From Yuukianura sp. NJ FZ-2021 (lineage: Eukaryota): DNA of 64,000 nucleotides. The stretch lies in assembly GCA_046563655.1 (NCBI GenBank), contig CM102284.1:992001-1056000 (forward strand). Direction: 5' to 3'. The notes beneath the pieces were generated by a model. The model saw only the letters and a list, made by a program, of their open reading frames with translations, made no database searches and was not told the origin of the DNA. A program made the translations under genes and the position numbers. Below, in pieces: positions 25,832-38,200 of the stretch. Position 1 is the first letter of the stretch, and every line of letters begins with the position of its first letter.

Positions 25832-28800
25832 ATGAAATCTAAGATACTCTTCGTCATTTTGAAAATTTTTACTTGCATATATTTTATTTCCGGGCAGGAA
25901 GTTAAGGTAAGTCGGAGGTCAGATTCTGCAATCACGTCTGCGATTCCTAACTGGAATCATAACAAAAACTGAAAAAATTTCATAATTTCAAAAAAATTTC
26001 TTTCAAAAAATTTTAGGATACGGATATCCAAGATGGAATGGTTGCTGTAGTAGATAAGCTGCACAGTCACGGTTGCGTTCTCGTTTTCATCTCAGATGAA
26101 TCGCTGCCAATCGGAGTCAGCGACACAATAATTCCGGTACAAAACAACAAATTCACAAAAAAAAAACGGTTTTCATAAAACTTTCATAAACAATTGAAAT
26201 TTTGAAAAACAGAATCTTCAAAAAGGAGGTGAGCGGTCACTGTTGATTCTTGAGCTGACGGATTCAAACAACACGAGCGACAATTTTCACAACGACTTGT
26301 CACTTTCAAAAATCAACCGAATTGCTGCATATTTGCACAGTTTGTACCGCTTAAGCCGCTGTTACACTTTTCTCATTTGGCTCTCCGATCCGCGTGTCCT
26401 CTACCCGCCAGATATGAATATCCATCCTGGCTGGAGAGCACAAGATATTGTCATTCTTGCATCGCATCACCTTGGACGGAAATTTAACAACCAAATGGCA
26501 AAATATGGATTTTGGAAGGCAATTCCAAACGCTCTTGGACTACGACGAAAACGTCCGACAACTACCGAAAGCAACCGAGTCATAATTTTTACTGTTCTGC
26601 CGTATGCTACACCATCTGGACCAATGGTGAAAGAAGTTGACGTTTGGCTTGTAACGGAGAAGAAATTTGAAAAAAACGCGCCTCTTCTCTGGGATAAATT
26701 CAAATCGTTTAATAACGCGCCACTGCGATACGTCATTCTCTGGAAGGCGCCGTACTTCATTTTTGGGGACACAACGAACCCGTTTATGGACGGAATTGAT
26801 TGGCGCCTTTTGCAACTCGTCCACAAACAACTCCATTTTTCGTATAATATAAGGTTGAGTTGTGCGCATGTGCGATTAGAGCCAAACCGATTTTGAAAAA
26901 GGAACGAAATTTGTAAAATGAGAAAATTTAGAAACATCGCGATATGAATTTACCAAATTTTATATTTTTATACTTTTTTTTGGCTATAAGTAAGGAAACA
27001 TTTCCCCAAATTTTGATAGCTCAAGGGTTAGAGTGCTTCCCGGATAAAAGAGATGTGGGTTCGAATCATACGTGGTCCCTTATTTTTTCTACACTCTTGT
27101 TCTTTTTCTCGCAAGCCATTACCCCTGAATGTCAGAGAGACATTTCCTCTATTTTTTTGAATGAGTTTGGCGCGTTCTGTTAAGATCGGATGGGTTCGGC
27201 TCTAATCGTAAAATTTCTTTTTTTTTGCACTGTATATTCTTCGCCCGGGAGTGGATGCCGTCACAAGAATTCAACTTGGACTGGGGCAATGGGATACTTG
27301 CAGTCAGGTCAAGTTGATTTAGCAGTCGGTGGACTGTCGAGCAGCGGTGCACGACTCTTGGATTTTGACTTTACTACGAGCTACTATGGCGACGCATATG
27401 TCTTCATCAGTCCAATCACAACCAAAAAAACAGTCGTGTCAGAAATATTTTCAAGGCCGTTGAACAAGGACGTCTGGGATGTCATCGTGCTTTCTTGTAT
27501 CGCAGTTGCGGTAGCACTTAAGCTACTAGCTCGCATAGAGAGGTACCTCTGGAGGTCAAAGTCAAGGTCAAAGTCAAAGCAAAGGTCAAGGTCAACTGAG
27601 GTCAATTACCCTGACAACCACTTTGGCTCAATTCTACGCAACTTTTACTTTTTGTACCACACGTTCTGTCAAAAACCATATCCGCATGTCCCGGTTTCTA
27701 ATGCTCTCAAACTTGCGTTTATTGGAACGTCACTTTCAGTCACAATTCTGGGCAAGTTTTAAAAAAGTCAAGTTTTTTGTGTCAAAATTTTCGTTTTTTT
27801 TTTTAAACTTTTTAAAAATATTTTGTTTCTGTTTTGAATTTTCAGGGATCATTTTTGCTGGAGCATTATTTTCACACCTCTTTCACTCTCGGAAGGAAAA
27901 TTCCATAGATACTTTTCAAGGAATAATAGATTCAAAGTAAGTTAGTACCCAGGACTTAAAATTTTGAAAAAATTTTGGCGCGAAATTTGAAATTCAAAAT
28001 TTGCAGGCTCCCTATATGTGTTATGGACTACGATGGAATACTGAACTATGAAATCAAAAATGCCAGGACTGATATTGTCAAGAAATTGTGGGAGAATGTT
28101 ACTTTTGTGAATACTTCCAACAGTATAAAGTGCATTGAAAATGTCATTCGCCGGAAAGGAATCTACATCGACACTTATACCCGCCTACGCTTTACCGGGA
28201 GGTGGGAAATTTAAAATTTTGAAAATTTTGAATTTTGAAAATTTGGAGTCTTTGAAATTTTGGATTCTATCTTTTAGACTTCGATACCTTGGAGCAAATG
28301 GAGTCAAGTTCCATATAGGGAAGGAACGGCTTCTGTACCAAACTAACATTGGTTGGGCGGCGCGAAAACGGTACAAATGGCACCATAGTTTCAAAATTTC
28401 AAAACGACAAGATAAGAAAATTCAAAATTTTGAAATTTTGATTTTCTTTAGCTGGCCATTTTTGCCCAAGATAAGTCAAATATTGACCAGAGCCGTTGAA
28501 ACAGGATTGGTCGACTATTGGATGTCAACTTTCAAGCGCGGGAAATTTGGATGGGACCAGGAATCCATTAACGTAGGAAAACACCAAACTTCAAAATTGA
28601 CCAAAAATTAAAATTTTGCTTAAAATGTCAAAATTTTGACTAATTTCAGATTTTGAAAGACTTGGATCCAAAATTTCAACCTTCAGCACCTACTCCGGAC
28701 ACAACCAAGGACATTGACCCCACCCGTAACTTGTCTTGGGACAAACGCTTTGCTAAGCTAGGTTTGCTGCAATTTGACACCATTTGTCAAATGTGGATCC

Positions 28801-29165
28801 AGGGCATGGTCATTGCAACGTTTGTTTTCATTGTGGAATTGGCAATGCATGGAACTTCCATAACAGTTTTAGGTGTACGGCGCATGATTCGAAAAATTGT
28901 GTACTTTCTACGCCTTAGGCGTCTCGAACATGAGTTGCAGGCATTTCAAAAAAATTTTGATCAACAACTCCAACTTCCCGCCGAAAATTCTGACATTCAA
29001 AACGAGACAAACAAAAAACCGAAGCCAATTCAGCCCAAGGTCGTTCGATACTTCATGTGGACCGACTTGACCAGCAGTTCACAAAATTTGAACAGCAATT
29101 CACAAAATTCGAATCGCCGCCGTCTCACATCCCAAAAAAGTTCAAAACCGAAACCAAAAGTGTAA
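25832..29165 (+). CDS. Ionotropic receptor (variant iGluR)-like chemoreceptor, multi-exon
   Basis: Signal peptide MKSKILFVILKIF; S1 lobe MDGIDWRLL...NSTWTGAMGYLQSGQVDLAVGG...RLLDFDFTTSY; RPLNKDVW-TM1; LTRAVETGLVDYW; last TM QMWIQGMVIATFVFIVEL. Confidence 0.82.
27015..27135 (+). mobile_element. tRNA-derived SINE-like element (head plus tail)
   Basis: A-box TAGCTCAAGGGTTAGAG and B-box GGTTCGAATC; the tail resembles that of the 32545 copy. Confidence 0.6.
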
Positions 29166-30155
29166 GTTGGAGAAAGTAAAAAAAAAAGATTTTAAAATCA
29201 AAAATGGTCAAAAAGCTACCAAATTCTCCAAAAGCAGTCAGAAATAGAAAAAACAATGAATTAAAAATTACCTAGTCAAAATTAATCAAAATGTAATCAA
29301 AATTAGTCAAAACAAGTTGGCCAAGCTTGAATAAAAATTAAACAAATCTTCGTAGCTTGCAATCATGTTGTAGTTTCGTCACTTTAGAAATTTTTGTTCT
29401 ACTAAAAGAGCCATGAAGTGAATAGAAACAAAACTAAAAGCTACACCAAATCATTTCAGAGATCAGATCACAGATCGAGCTCCACTGTCCTCACTTTCAT
29501 AAAACACAACTTTTTTTTAGTTTTTTTTTTAACTTTGAATTGCATGAAATCATCTATGTTTTTTGTGTGTGTTTTTCTGAATGAGGTTAAATTTAAAGGA
29601 ACAATGGATCTTTGTGCATTGTTCTCCTTAGGGCCATTGTCAACTGCTGTACTCGGAAGAGGGTTGACTCCATCATCCCCCGCATCACTTCCACCCCCAC
29701 CCTCTTCCTTCCTGTCCATCCAAATCCACCAAATTGGTCACATATGAAGTACAAATGCATTCACAACAGTCAGTTTCACAACGTTCACAACAGTCAATTT
29801 CAGTTTCACAACATTTGAAACAGTCAAATTCACAACATTCACAACATTTTAGTGAACCTGGCCCAGAACAAAGGTCACCACAATTATCAGTCTGTGTAAC
29901 CACTGCAGCCACAATTTGCAGTTACAATCAAAAGTGAAACTGGAAATAGATAACTCCTGAATTGCAAAATTGCGATAACATATCAGGCGATAAAGTGTTA
30001 TCGCTATCGGGATACTCCCTGCAACACGAACTTAACTCAAAACCAAATCCACTTAAGTGTTACTCAAAGTAGTGTTTTTTTTTTATCAAAAAGGCTAACA
30101 CCATAACTTAACCAACCGTAACTCAAGAAAAACTTTGAGTTCAGCAGCACTAGTC

Positions 30156-33100
30156 ATGGGGACAGAACGATATCACAAGTAAGTATAAAATTTTCAAAAA
30201 TATTCAAAAAAAAAAATTCAAATTTTATTACAGACAAAATTCAAAAATTTTTGCCTTTTGAATTTACATTTCCGGTGGTAGAAACCACAGTGTAGTTGCC
30301 TAATCCTTGGAATTCGGGGATTAGACAACATAACGTAACTCGTCTGAGGAATAGTCACACTTTTTTTTTTATTACAGACTTTTTTTTTTTCAAAATCCGA
30401 AAAGTGATAGATTTCAAAATTTCTTCATCTTTTTCATTTTTTTTTTGGTTATATTGTAGAGCCGCTCGAGATGGATACCTTGAGGCGTTGAAGGAAGCGA
30501 CGAAACGGGAACTCAATGCCCGTGACGAAGACGGAATGACGCCAACACTGTGGGCAGCCTTCGAAGGTCAACTGGACGCCCTGCGGCTAGTCGTCGGAAG
30601 AGGGTAATAAGGTCAACTGTGACATTCATGCCCGTATACATAATGACGGTTCACCCGTAACCTACGGATCAGGATTTGGTGAGACCGATCCGGGGGTCAG
30701 GATCACACTAATCCGTGAACGGTATACATAATATAATCTTGAGCGGTGGATTTGTAAATCCGGTTCACCTGAACGTGATCATCGGATTACTCATTTTTAC
30801 ATGCCACATTTAAATACTTCAACAACAATGTATTATGTTGATTAAAAATGTGACAAGTTTAATGCTCCTTTTATTTTCAGGTGGCAAAGTTTTCAAACTT
30901 TCTATAACACAACACCATTTTTGTTGTGTTTTATTAAAGTAATTAACGAAATAGTTAATGATTCAATTAATTTCTGAACAAAATAGGAAACTAATGGGAC
31001 AAAATGCGGCCATGCTGTGCATATACTGCGCAAGCACTGCGCAAGTACTGCGCAAGCACTGCGCACTGCGCAAGTACTGCGCAAGCACTAGGCACTGCGC
31101 AAGCACTGCGCACTGCGCAAGCACTGCGCACTGCGCAAGTACTGCGCAAGCACTGCGCACTGCGCAAGCACTGCGCAAGCACTGCGCAAGCACTGCGCAC
31201 TGCGCTGCGCAAGTACTGCGCAAGCACTGCGCACTGCGCAAGCACTGCGCACTGCGCAAGCACTGCGCACTGCGCAAGTACTGCGCAAGCACTGCGCACT
31301 GCGCAAGCACTGCGCAAGCACTGCGCAAGCACTGCGCACTGCGCAAGTACTGCGCACTGCGCAAGCACTGCGCACTGCGCAAGTACTGCGCAAGTACTGC
31401 GCAAGCACTGCGCACTGCGCAAGCACTGCGCACTGCGCAAGCACTGCGCACTGCGCAAGCACTGCGCACTGCGCAAGCACTGCGCACTGCGCAAGCACTG
31501 CGCACTGCGCAAGCACTGCGCAAGCACTGCGCACTGCGCAAGCACTGCGCACTGCGCAAGTACTGCGCACTGCGCAAGCACTGCGCAAGCACTGCGCAAG
31601 CACTGCGCACTGCGCAAGTACTGCGCAAGCACCGCGCACTGCGCAAGAAGTTGAAATTTATATAAAAACTTTAGTTCTATAAATTCTAAAAGTTTTTTCT
31701 GACATTTATAACGCAAACTCCTTAATAAAACTGAACGCTTAACTCGTGGGAAAAGAATATACTAAACAAAAATTAAAATAATTCCAGTTGAATCAAGTGG
31801 TGAACCTACCCCTATACCAGGGTCACGAATTTTGATCCCGATCATAGTGATCCGGTTTACTTTTTTGTATTATGTATACGAATATAACCCTGAGCGAGGG
31901 ATCAAACAAATTTTTGATGCGAGGTTTACGTGAGCGGGTGACCGATGACCTCGAGACTCATTATGTATAGGGATCAGGGTGATCGGTTCAACTTTTTATG
32001 ATCGGATCACCGTGATCCGGCATTATGTATACGAGCATCAGAGGTCACATGCCTCTAAAATCGGTAACTATTGGTAGAATATTCTGTTGCATCCGGGCGT
32101 TATGGACGCTGTAAGTGTAGGTTCCGAAGGATCCTGTCACTTCCAGAATTCTGATTATGCTAGTGGAAGTGGGCTGAAGGTTGAGTTATTTGGATAATCC
32201 AAGGCCCCTGAGCTTATGGTGGGACTTTTTCTGAGAATTCAGAGGAAGAGTGGCTCATAAAATTCTGGTGGGGCCCAATTTCCTGGTCTTGTGTTGACAG
32301 AAGGAAATGAGGGATGGAGCAACTTGAGTTAGCCACCATAATCCACCGTCTCGCTTAGCCTCTAGTCACAACACGCGCCATTTCCTCTCTGCAAAGTCAT
32401 TTCTGTGACATGCCCCTTTCGTACGGCAACGTCTGGACCGGTCGCTATGTTACGTTTTTAAACAGTCCCACTCCCATTAGCCACATGATGGGAATTGCAT
32501 GGAAGAGATTGCTCCATCAATTGACAGTTTTTAGACTAGAGCCTGATAGCTCAAGGGTTAGATGCTTCTCGGGTACAAGAAATGTGGGTTCGAATCCCAC
32601 TCCGTTCACCATTTTTTTTACACTCTCGTTCTTTGTCTCTCAAGCCAAGTGTGCCCTGAATCTTGCAGTTACTGTAGTTCTTTTTGTTTCTGCAGTGGTG
32701 ACCCTGACAAATGTGACAACTATGGCAACTCTGCACTTCATTTTGCGTCTGCGCGAGGTCACATGCCCTGTGTGACCTTCCTTGTGAACTTTGGTGTCAA
32801 CATGTGGGCCCTTGACATTGATTTTCACACGCCCAAGGACCTGGCAGCCATCAACAACAAAGAAGCCATTCTGCGCTTCCTGGACAGTGCTTTGTCAAAA
32901 GAAGAAGTCAAGGACCCCAAAAAGGCAAGAGAAACAAAAAGAAAAAAATAATGTAGCTCAGTGGACTAGAGAGCTTACCCGGAATAGGGGGTGTGAGTTC
33001 GAGCCCCACCTGGATTGTTTGTATTTTCGAGCGAGATCAAAGGTGCACTTTGGAATGCACCTAATGAAAACTTTTTTTTGATGTTCCAGGTGAAACATCT

Positions 33101-34637
33101 TCAAGAAAAAGCAGAAAAGGAGGCAGAGAAGCGTGTCAAGGAATTCGACAAATTGCAGAAAAAAGCTACTAAAAGTGCAGAGGAAGAGCAACGGAAGTTG
33201 GCCAAACAGAGACAGAAAATGGAACGTGGTGGGTCAATTTCAGAAGGTGGAGCCACACCCACCCCAACTTCCAAACCCACCATCCCATTCATGTCACTGC
33301 GCTCCAAGACTTCACCAATGTCCAGTCCGAACTTTTCCGAAATCGTGTCAACTTCTTCAACTAGCAGCGGAAGTGGCGGCGGAACTTTAGTGAGCCGACT
33401 CAAACCGACACATTTTACCGGAGTTTCACGAAAAGTGCAACAACGCAAAAACTCGACCGGGGGCAGTTCGGAATTCAAAGTTGCCGAAACCGAAGTCGAT
33501 GGAAAACGAACCGTTCGGAATCTAAGTGGCCTTAGAAGTGACAACTCCAGTGTTATGTACGTCACCAAGTTCGACATGCCCGAAACCGGTCGGCGTGGTC
33601 GTATCGACGGTTTATTTGACCAAGAAAACGACGAAAATGACGGTACTCTGACCCGATCTCGGTCTCAGCCGGAACATCTCAATACCGAAACCGGTTCTTC
33701 GGCTAAAACCGGTTTCGCTGATGACCAAACCGTTCGACTCCCAATGTCGACCACGTCAACATCTATTTTTGAACGACCCGGTTTCGGTTCCGTGGCGTTC
33801 CGGAGTTCCCTGTCTTCAACTTTGTCTAATTTTAAAACTTTCCAAAATCAAAATCTTGAAAACGAAAAATCCAAACTAAAAAGTCTACCGCAAATCCCAC
33901 TGGAGGAAGAAGGTAAAAAAAAATCTCAAATTCTAATCAACTTTTTTTTTCAAAAATAGAACTTTTCTCAAAAATATTAGCGTAAAAAAACTTTTTTGAA
34001 GCAATCTGCACTTTTAACTTTTTATGATCAAAATTTCTCTCCCTTGTGATTTTTCCGTAGATTATGAAAATGAGATTTGCTTTCTTTTCTGTAGTAAACT
34101 AAAGGGAATTGGGACTTGCCGAACTTTAGTCATTTAAACCAGGGCGGGAAAAGTGGAAAAGTTTGAAAACCAAAATTTAGATTTTTTTTTTCGTTTTTTG
34201 AAAACATGATTTCCTGTGTTTTCAGATGAAGATGAAGATGAAGACGATGCAGAAGATGAGGAATTCGGGCCTGTTCATTCATTTTTAGCTGCCGCTGGAG
34301 TTCTAAGTTTTGCGCCAGTTTTTCTCAAAGAGAAAATTGATCTAGACGTACGTTAAATCAAATTAGTCGATTAACCTTTACTGTAATTGAACAAACTTCA
34401 ATAACAATTAATTAGCCTGCAATTAATCAAACCAAAGTAATTACTTGTAATTAACTTGTAATTAAATTTTAATTACTTGTAATTACATTTTAATTGCAGG
34501 CGCTCCTCCTCTTGACTGAAGAGGATTTGACTTCTCTTGGAATTCCGCTTGGTCCACGCCGTAAACTTCTCAACGCAGTTCGTGCCAGAGCAGGAACATT
34601 GGAAAGTCCGGGTGAACTCATAGACAGTCGACTATAA
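30156..34637 (+). CDS. Sans: Sans / USH1G-like ankyrin-repeat and SAM-domain scaffold, 6 coding exons
   Basis: [73 protein letters not shown] domain [31 protein letters not shown]-terminal PDZ-binding-like DSRL. Confidence 0.93.
30628..32038. mobile_element. ~1.4-kb non-autonomous TIR element in Sans intron 2
   Basis: Terminal inverted repeats ATGCCCGTATACATAATG / CATTATGTATACGAGCAT (17/18); subterminal TATACATAAT and GATC-rich repeats; no clear target-site duplication. Confidence 0.65.
31025..31648. repeat. Minisatellite of mixed 7-mer (ACTGCGC) and 11-mer (ACTGCGCAAGC/T) units
   Basis: Read directly; explains the five overlapping repetitive ORFs at 30958-31716. Confidence 0.97.
32545..32665 (+). 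mobile_element. tRNA-derived SINE-like element
   Basis: GATAGCTCAAGGGTTAGA...GGGTTCGAATCCCAC...ACCA followed by a T-run. Confidence 0.6.
32952..33015 (+). mobile_element. tRNA-derived SINE-like head
   Basis: TAGCTCAGTGGACTAGAG...GAGTTCGAGCCCCAC. Confidence 0.55.
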
Positions 34638-35277
34638 ATCCAAAAAACCGATTTTTCGGATCCGAAATTTTCCGGAATAATCCGAACCAGTCACCCCCCC
34701 CCCCCCTTCATTTTCCAACCCCCCCTGTTTTCCAGACCCCCCTCCTCCAGAGTGCCATAAAAAACCACGCCCACTGTTCAAACAAGCAATAAACAGCCCA
34801 ATTATTGCGGAATTAGTCAAAAGTCAACTAATTAAGCACAGAAAGTGAGACGTGCAATGCAGAAGTTAGTGTAAACTTGCAATATGGAATGTAAAAGTCA
34901 AAACCTAACGTAAAATAACAACCTAACGTATAACGTAATTAACCTAATCCGGGTAATTAGGCCTCCATTAGTAGGAAACATGACACCTTTGATGACATGA
35001 AGCTTTTAGTTGATTAAATTGATTCACGAACGCAATTAGTTTCTGTTTCCTCATATTTCCTCGAGGAAAGTGAGGAAATACGATCATTTTCCCTTTTGTT
35101 TCACACTAAAATGTGAAAAAGAACCTTTTCGCTCAGTATCGAATTTTTTGTTTAATTTCTCTTGTTTCAGTATCAAATTTGTACAATTGAAGTGATTCTA
35201 TTTTCGTGATTTTTTTTCTTTAAATCGTGAGTTTAGTGTTGCAAATTGTTTCTTTTTGGCGCTTTTTTGTTGTTTCT

Positions 35278-38200
35278 TTAGTTTCCAATGAGTGAAATGA
35301 CTGATGGGAAGAAGGCGCGGACGTACAAAACCCGTTCCCGGTCAATCACCAACGTATTGTCCTTCACTGCAATTTCCTTCTCAACGTCAATCCGAACTTG
35401 ACGTAACTTATGCAAAGCATCTTCAGCATTTCGCAACTGAGCCTCCATTGTGCTCTGTGACTGAGCAATCTCTGCCACTTCTTCAATCAAACTACAAAAT
35501 AACAAGAAAACAAATTCAAAAAAAATTGGATTTTTTTTTCAATTTTTTTTTCAAAAATATTACCCAAATTGTGCACAGTCACGTGTGAGCTCAACGTTGG
35601 GACGAAAAGTTCTGTTGTAGAGACGTGTCTGGGCCAATTTCAAAGCATGTTCAAGCGGATTTCCCTTCATGGCCTTTTTGATTTCCTCAATGGCCTTCTC
35701 TGCTTTCACCATTTCCTCAAGAATCTGAACAAAGAAAAAAAACTTAGGTTAAAAGAAGTTAGGTTAACATGAAAACAAGAAAAAGTTAGGCTAACGTTAG
35801 GTTAGTAGCCTAATCTACTCCATTACACTTATGTCATAAATTAAAATTCAACGAGTTGTTAGCCTAAATGTTTTTGCACAAAAAAGTTTACTGCTTCGTC
35901 AGAATTTTTTTTCAGAAACTTTCTCTCTTTTTTTTAAACAAATTGAGAACTTTTTTTCTCTTTTGCTGTTTTTAGAAAAGTGAAATTTATGAAAAGCAGA
36001 AAGCATGACTTTATTAGTGACATTCCATAGAAAAAGCAAAAGTCGTTCCAGGTGAAGAAGCCCTTTGAACTTTTTCGTTTTTTTTGAAAAACGAGAAAAA
36101 CTGTAATTTTGAAAAAAAGGTCGTCAGTGGAAGCATCTTTGAATTAGATTATTTGATAAAGAGAAAAACAAAATTCTCTTGTTCAACAGCTCAAGTATGA
36201 AGAAAAAGAATGAGAAATTGGAGTCCATCAAAGGAAATGAAGAATGAGGAGAGCTCTCAAGTTAAGTGGGAGGATACAGCACAAAAAAAAAGAGAAAAAA
36301 AAAGTTAAAAGAAAAAGTTAACTTTCTCTTTCTCCTTCAAATTTTGAAAGGAAAAATGGTAAGGAAAAATGAAGTTTTCTGAGAAAGCACGAAACAAAGT
36401 CACTTTGATTGAAACACCTCCACAAATAAAATGAAAACTAGACAGCCAATCACAATCAATCTTAGATTCCATTAAGAAATGACAGTTTAAATGAAACTCT
36501 CAGAAAAATTTGACAAAGATTGACACAAACCACAAAAAATTGGTTTTCGGCCAAATTCCATTTTTGAACCAATTAATTTCGAACTATTTTTTTTGAACGA
36601 ATGGCCCTTGCAATATCCATGGCACTTGTGTTTCGTTTGATGTTGTCATTTTTTTATATCAAGTTGATTAAACCCAAATGTGGAAGTGTGACGCAGTGTG
36701 ACCTCTTGGATGAAATGTGAAAGTGTGACCTGAAGGATGAAATGAGAAACATGTCAAGTGTCTTCGTCGTGTCTTGGGATTTTGTGTGACAAATAAAGTC
36801 CCTTGCCATTGTGCACTTTCATCCTTGTGCTTTCTCTCTTCTAAATTTATTATTGAGCAGAAATGAGAGTTATGAAATAACCTCATCTAGAACTTCTAAC
36901 CTAACATAATTCACCACTCTACTTTAATTTTCTCCTCGTGCTAGTACTCATGCTGTTCCAAAAATCAATCCATGACACACCCACTTCCTAGCATACAAAA
37001 ACTCGCGATGAAACAACTTTCATGGAAACTTCAATTATCCACTTTCCCTTTCGCCAGGTCATCATTCCACCTACAGCATTTTTCACAAAGTGAAACACCG
37101 CCAAGGTTCGCCGGTCCCCTCTAAATTTACCTCACCCTGTCTCCTCAAGGGATACTTGTGAACGTATACGGTAACCACAAAAGGCTAAAAACAGTTGATA
37201 GTGACAATCAGCAGCAGTTCTGATAAAAACGCAACAAACAAAGTACATAACCGGGCTTGACTCGAACCCACACCTTTTCTCTCTGAGGAGCGGCTCTACT
37301 CCACTGAACTAACTTACTCATCCTGAAATTCTGTGGAAATGAATACCGTAGGGTCTGGAGGAACCCTTGCAGACGTCATATAGTCGCTAAGGGTACCCCA
37401 AGGTACCCAACTGGGTACCCTATGAATCAAAAAAGCCCTGGAATTTCCAAATCCTGGGAAACTGAAACTCCTACACAAAGTTGTACCTGGAAGGCACCGG
37501 AATGTGAGTCGTGTGCTCGTAAAACCTGTCTTCCAGCTTTCTCTCCCAGTTTGACCTTATTGAACTTTCAATTTGGCACAAATCCAACTTTCTTTTTACT
37601 AAAACCTGGCATTCCCACAAAAACTCAAAAACCAACCATGTTTTTCCGCCTTTTCCAACAAAATGCCTCCAACACACAAAGAGATGTGTAGGTACAACAA
37701 AACTGTAAAATGACAAAAGAAGTTGAACCAGACTAGAGAAAGTTCAGACAAAGAAACCTTTGTGGAACTTGAGGCTTTAAAACTCATTTTCCCGCCATTT
37801 TAGCCTTCGCATTCCCCCACTGTCTTAATTTAAGACTTGCGTAAACTTCTTCCCGCCTAAAAATCCGTTTCCTTACGAAAGAATTTATTCGATTCCGACT
37901 TTTATTGAGAACTAAAACGGAAATGGGCACATAAAACCTAAACATCCACGAGGCATCTTTTCCGCGCTTTTGGCGCGTAACTTGACAATAGGAAAAGTGA
38001 GTGCCCACGGGTGCTAAAAAAGTAAATCTCTTGATTCAATTAACTTTGACAACTCGACTTCCTCTCTTGGCCTTTGTTAGGAGGGTACTTAAGGGCACAG
38101 TGAAAGGATTACCATAAACCTAAGGAAACAGGATCACATTTCTTCAAGTTGGGTTAGTTAGCCTAACTTATGTTAACCTAAAGTAGGTTAAGAGAAATCT

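Noticed and set aside
30628..30645. loxP-like look of CGTATACATAATG
   Set aside because: Only a short resemblance, with no 13-8-13 architecture and no recombinase; explained as a transposon TIR.
30958..31716. Five long overlapping ORFs (CASTAH / LRKHCA / AQCLRS repeats)
   Set aside because: Artefacts of a stop-free minisatellite read in several frames on both strands, inside a Sans intron.
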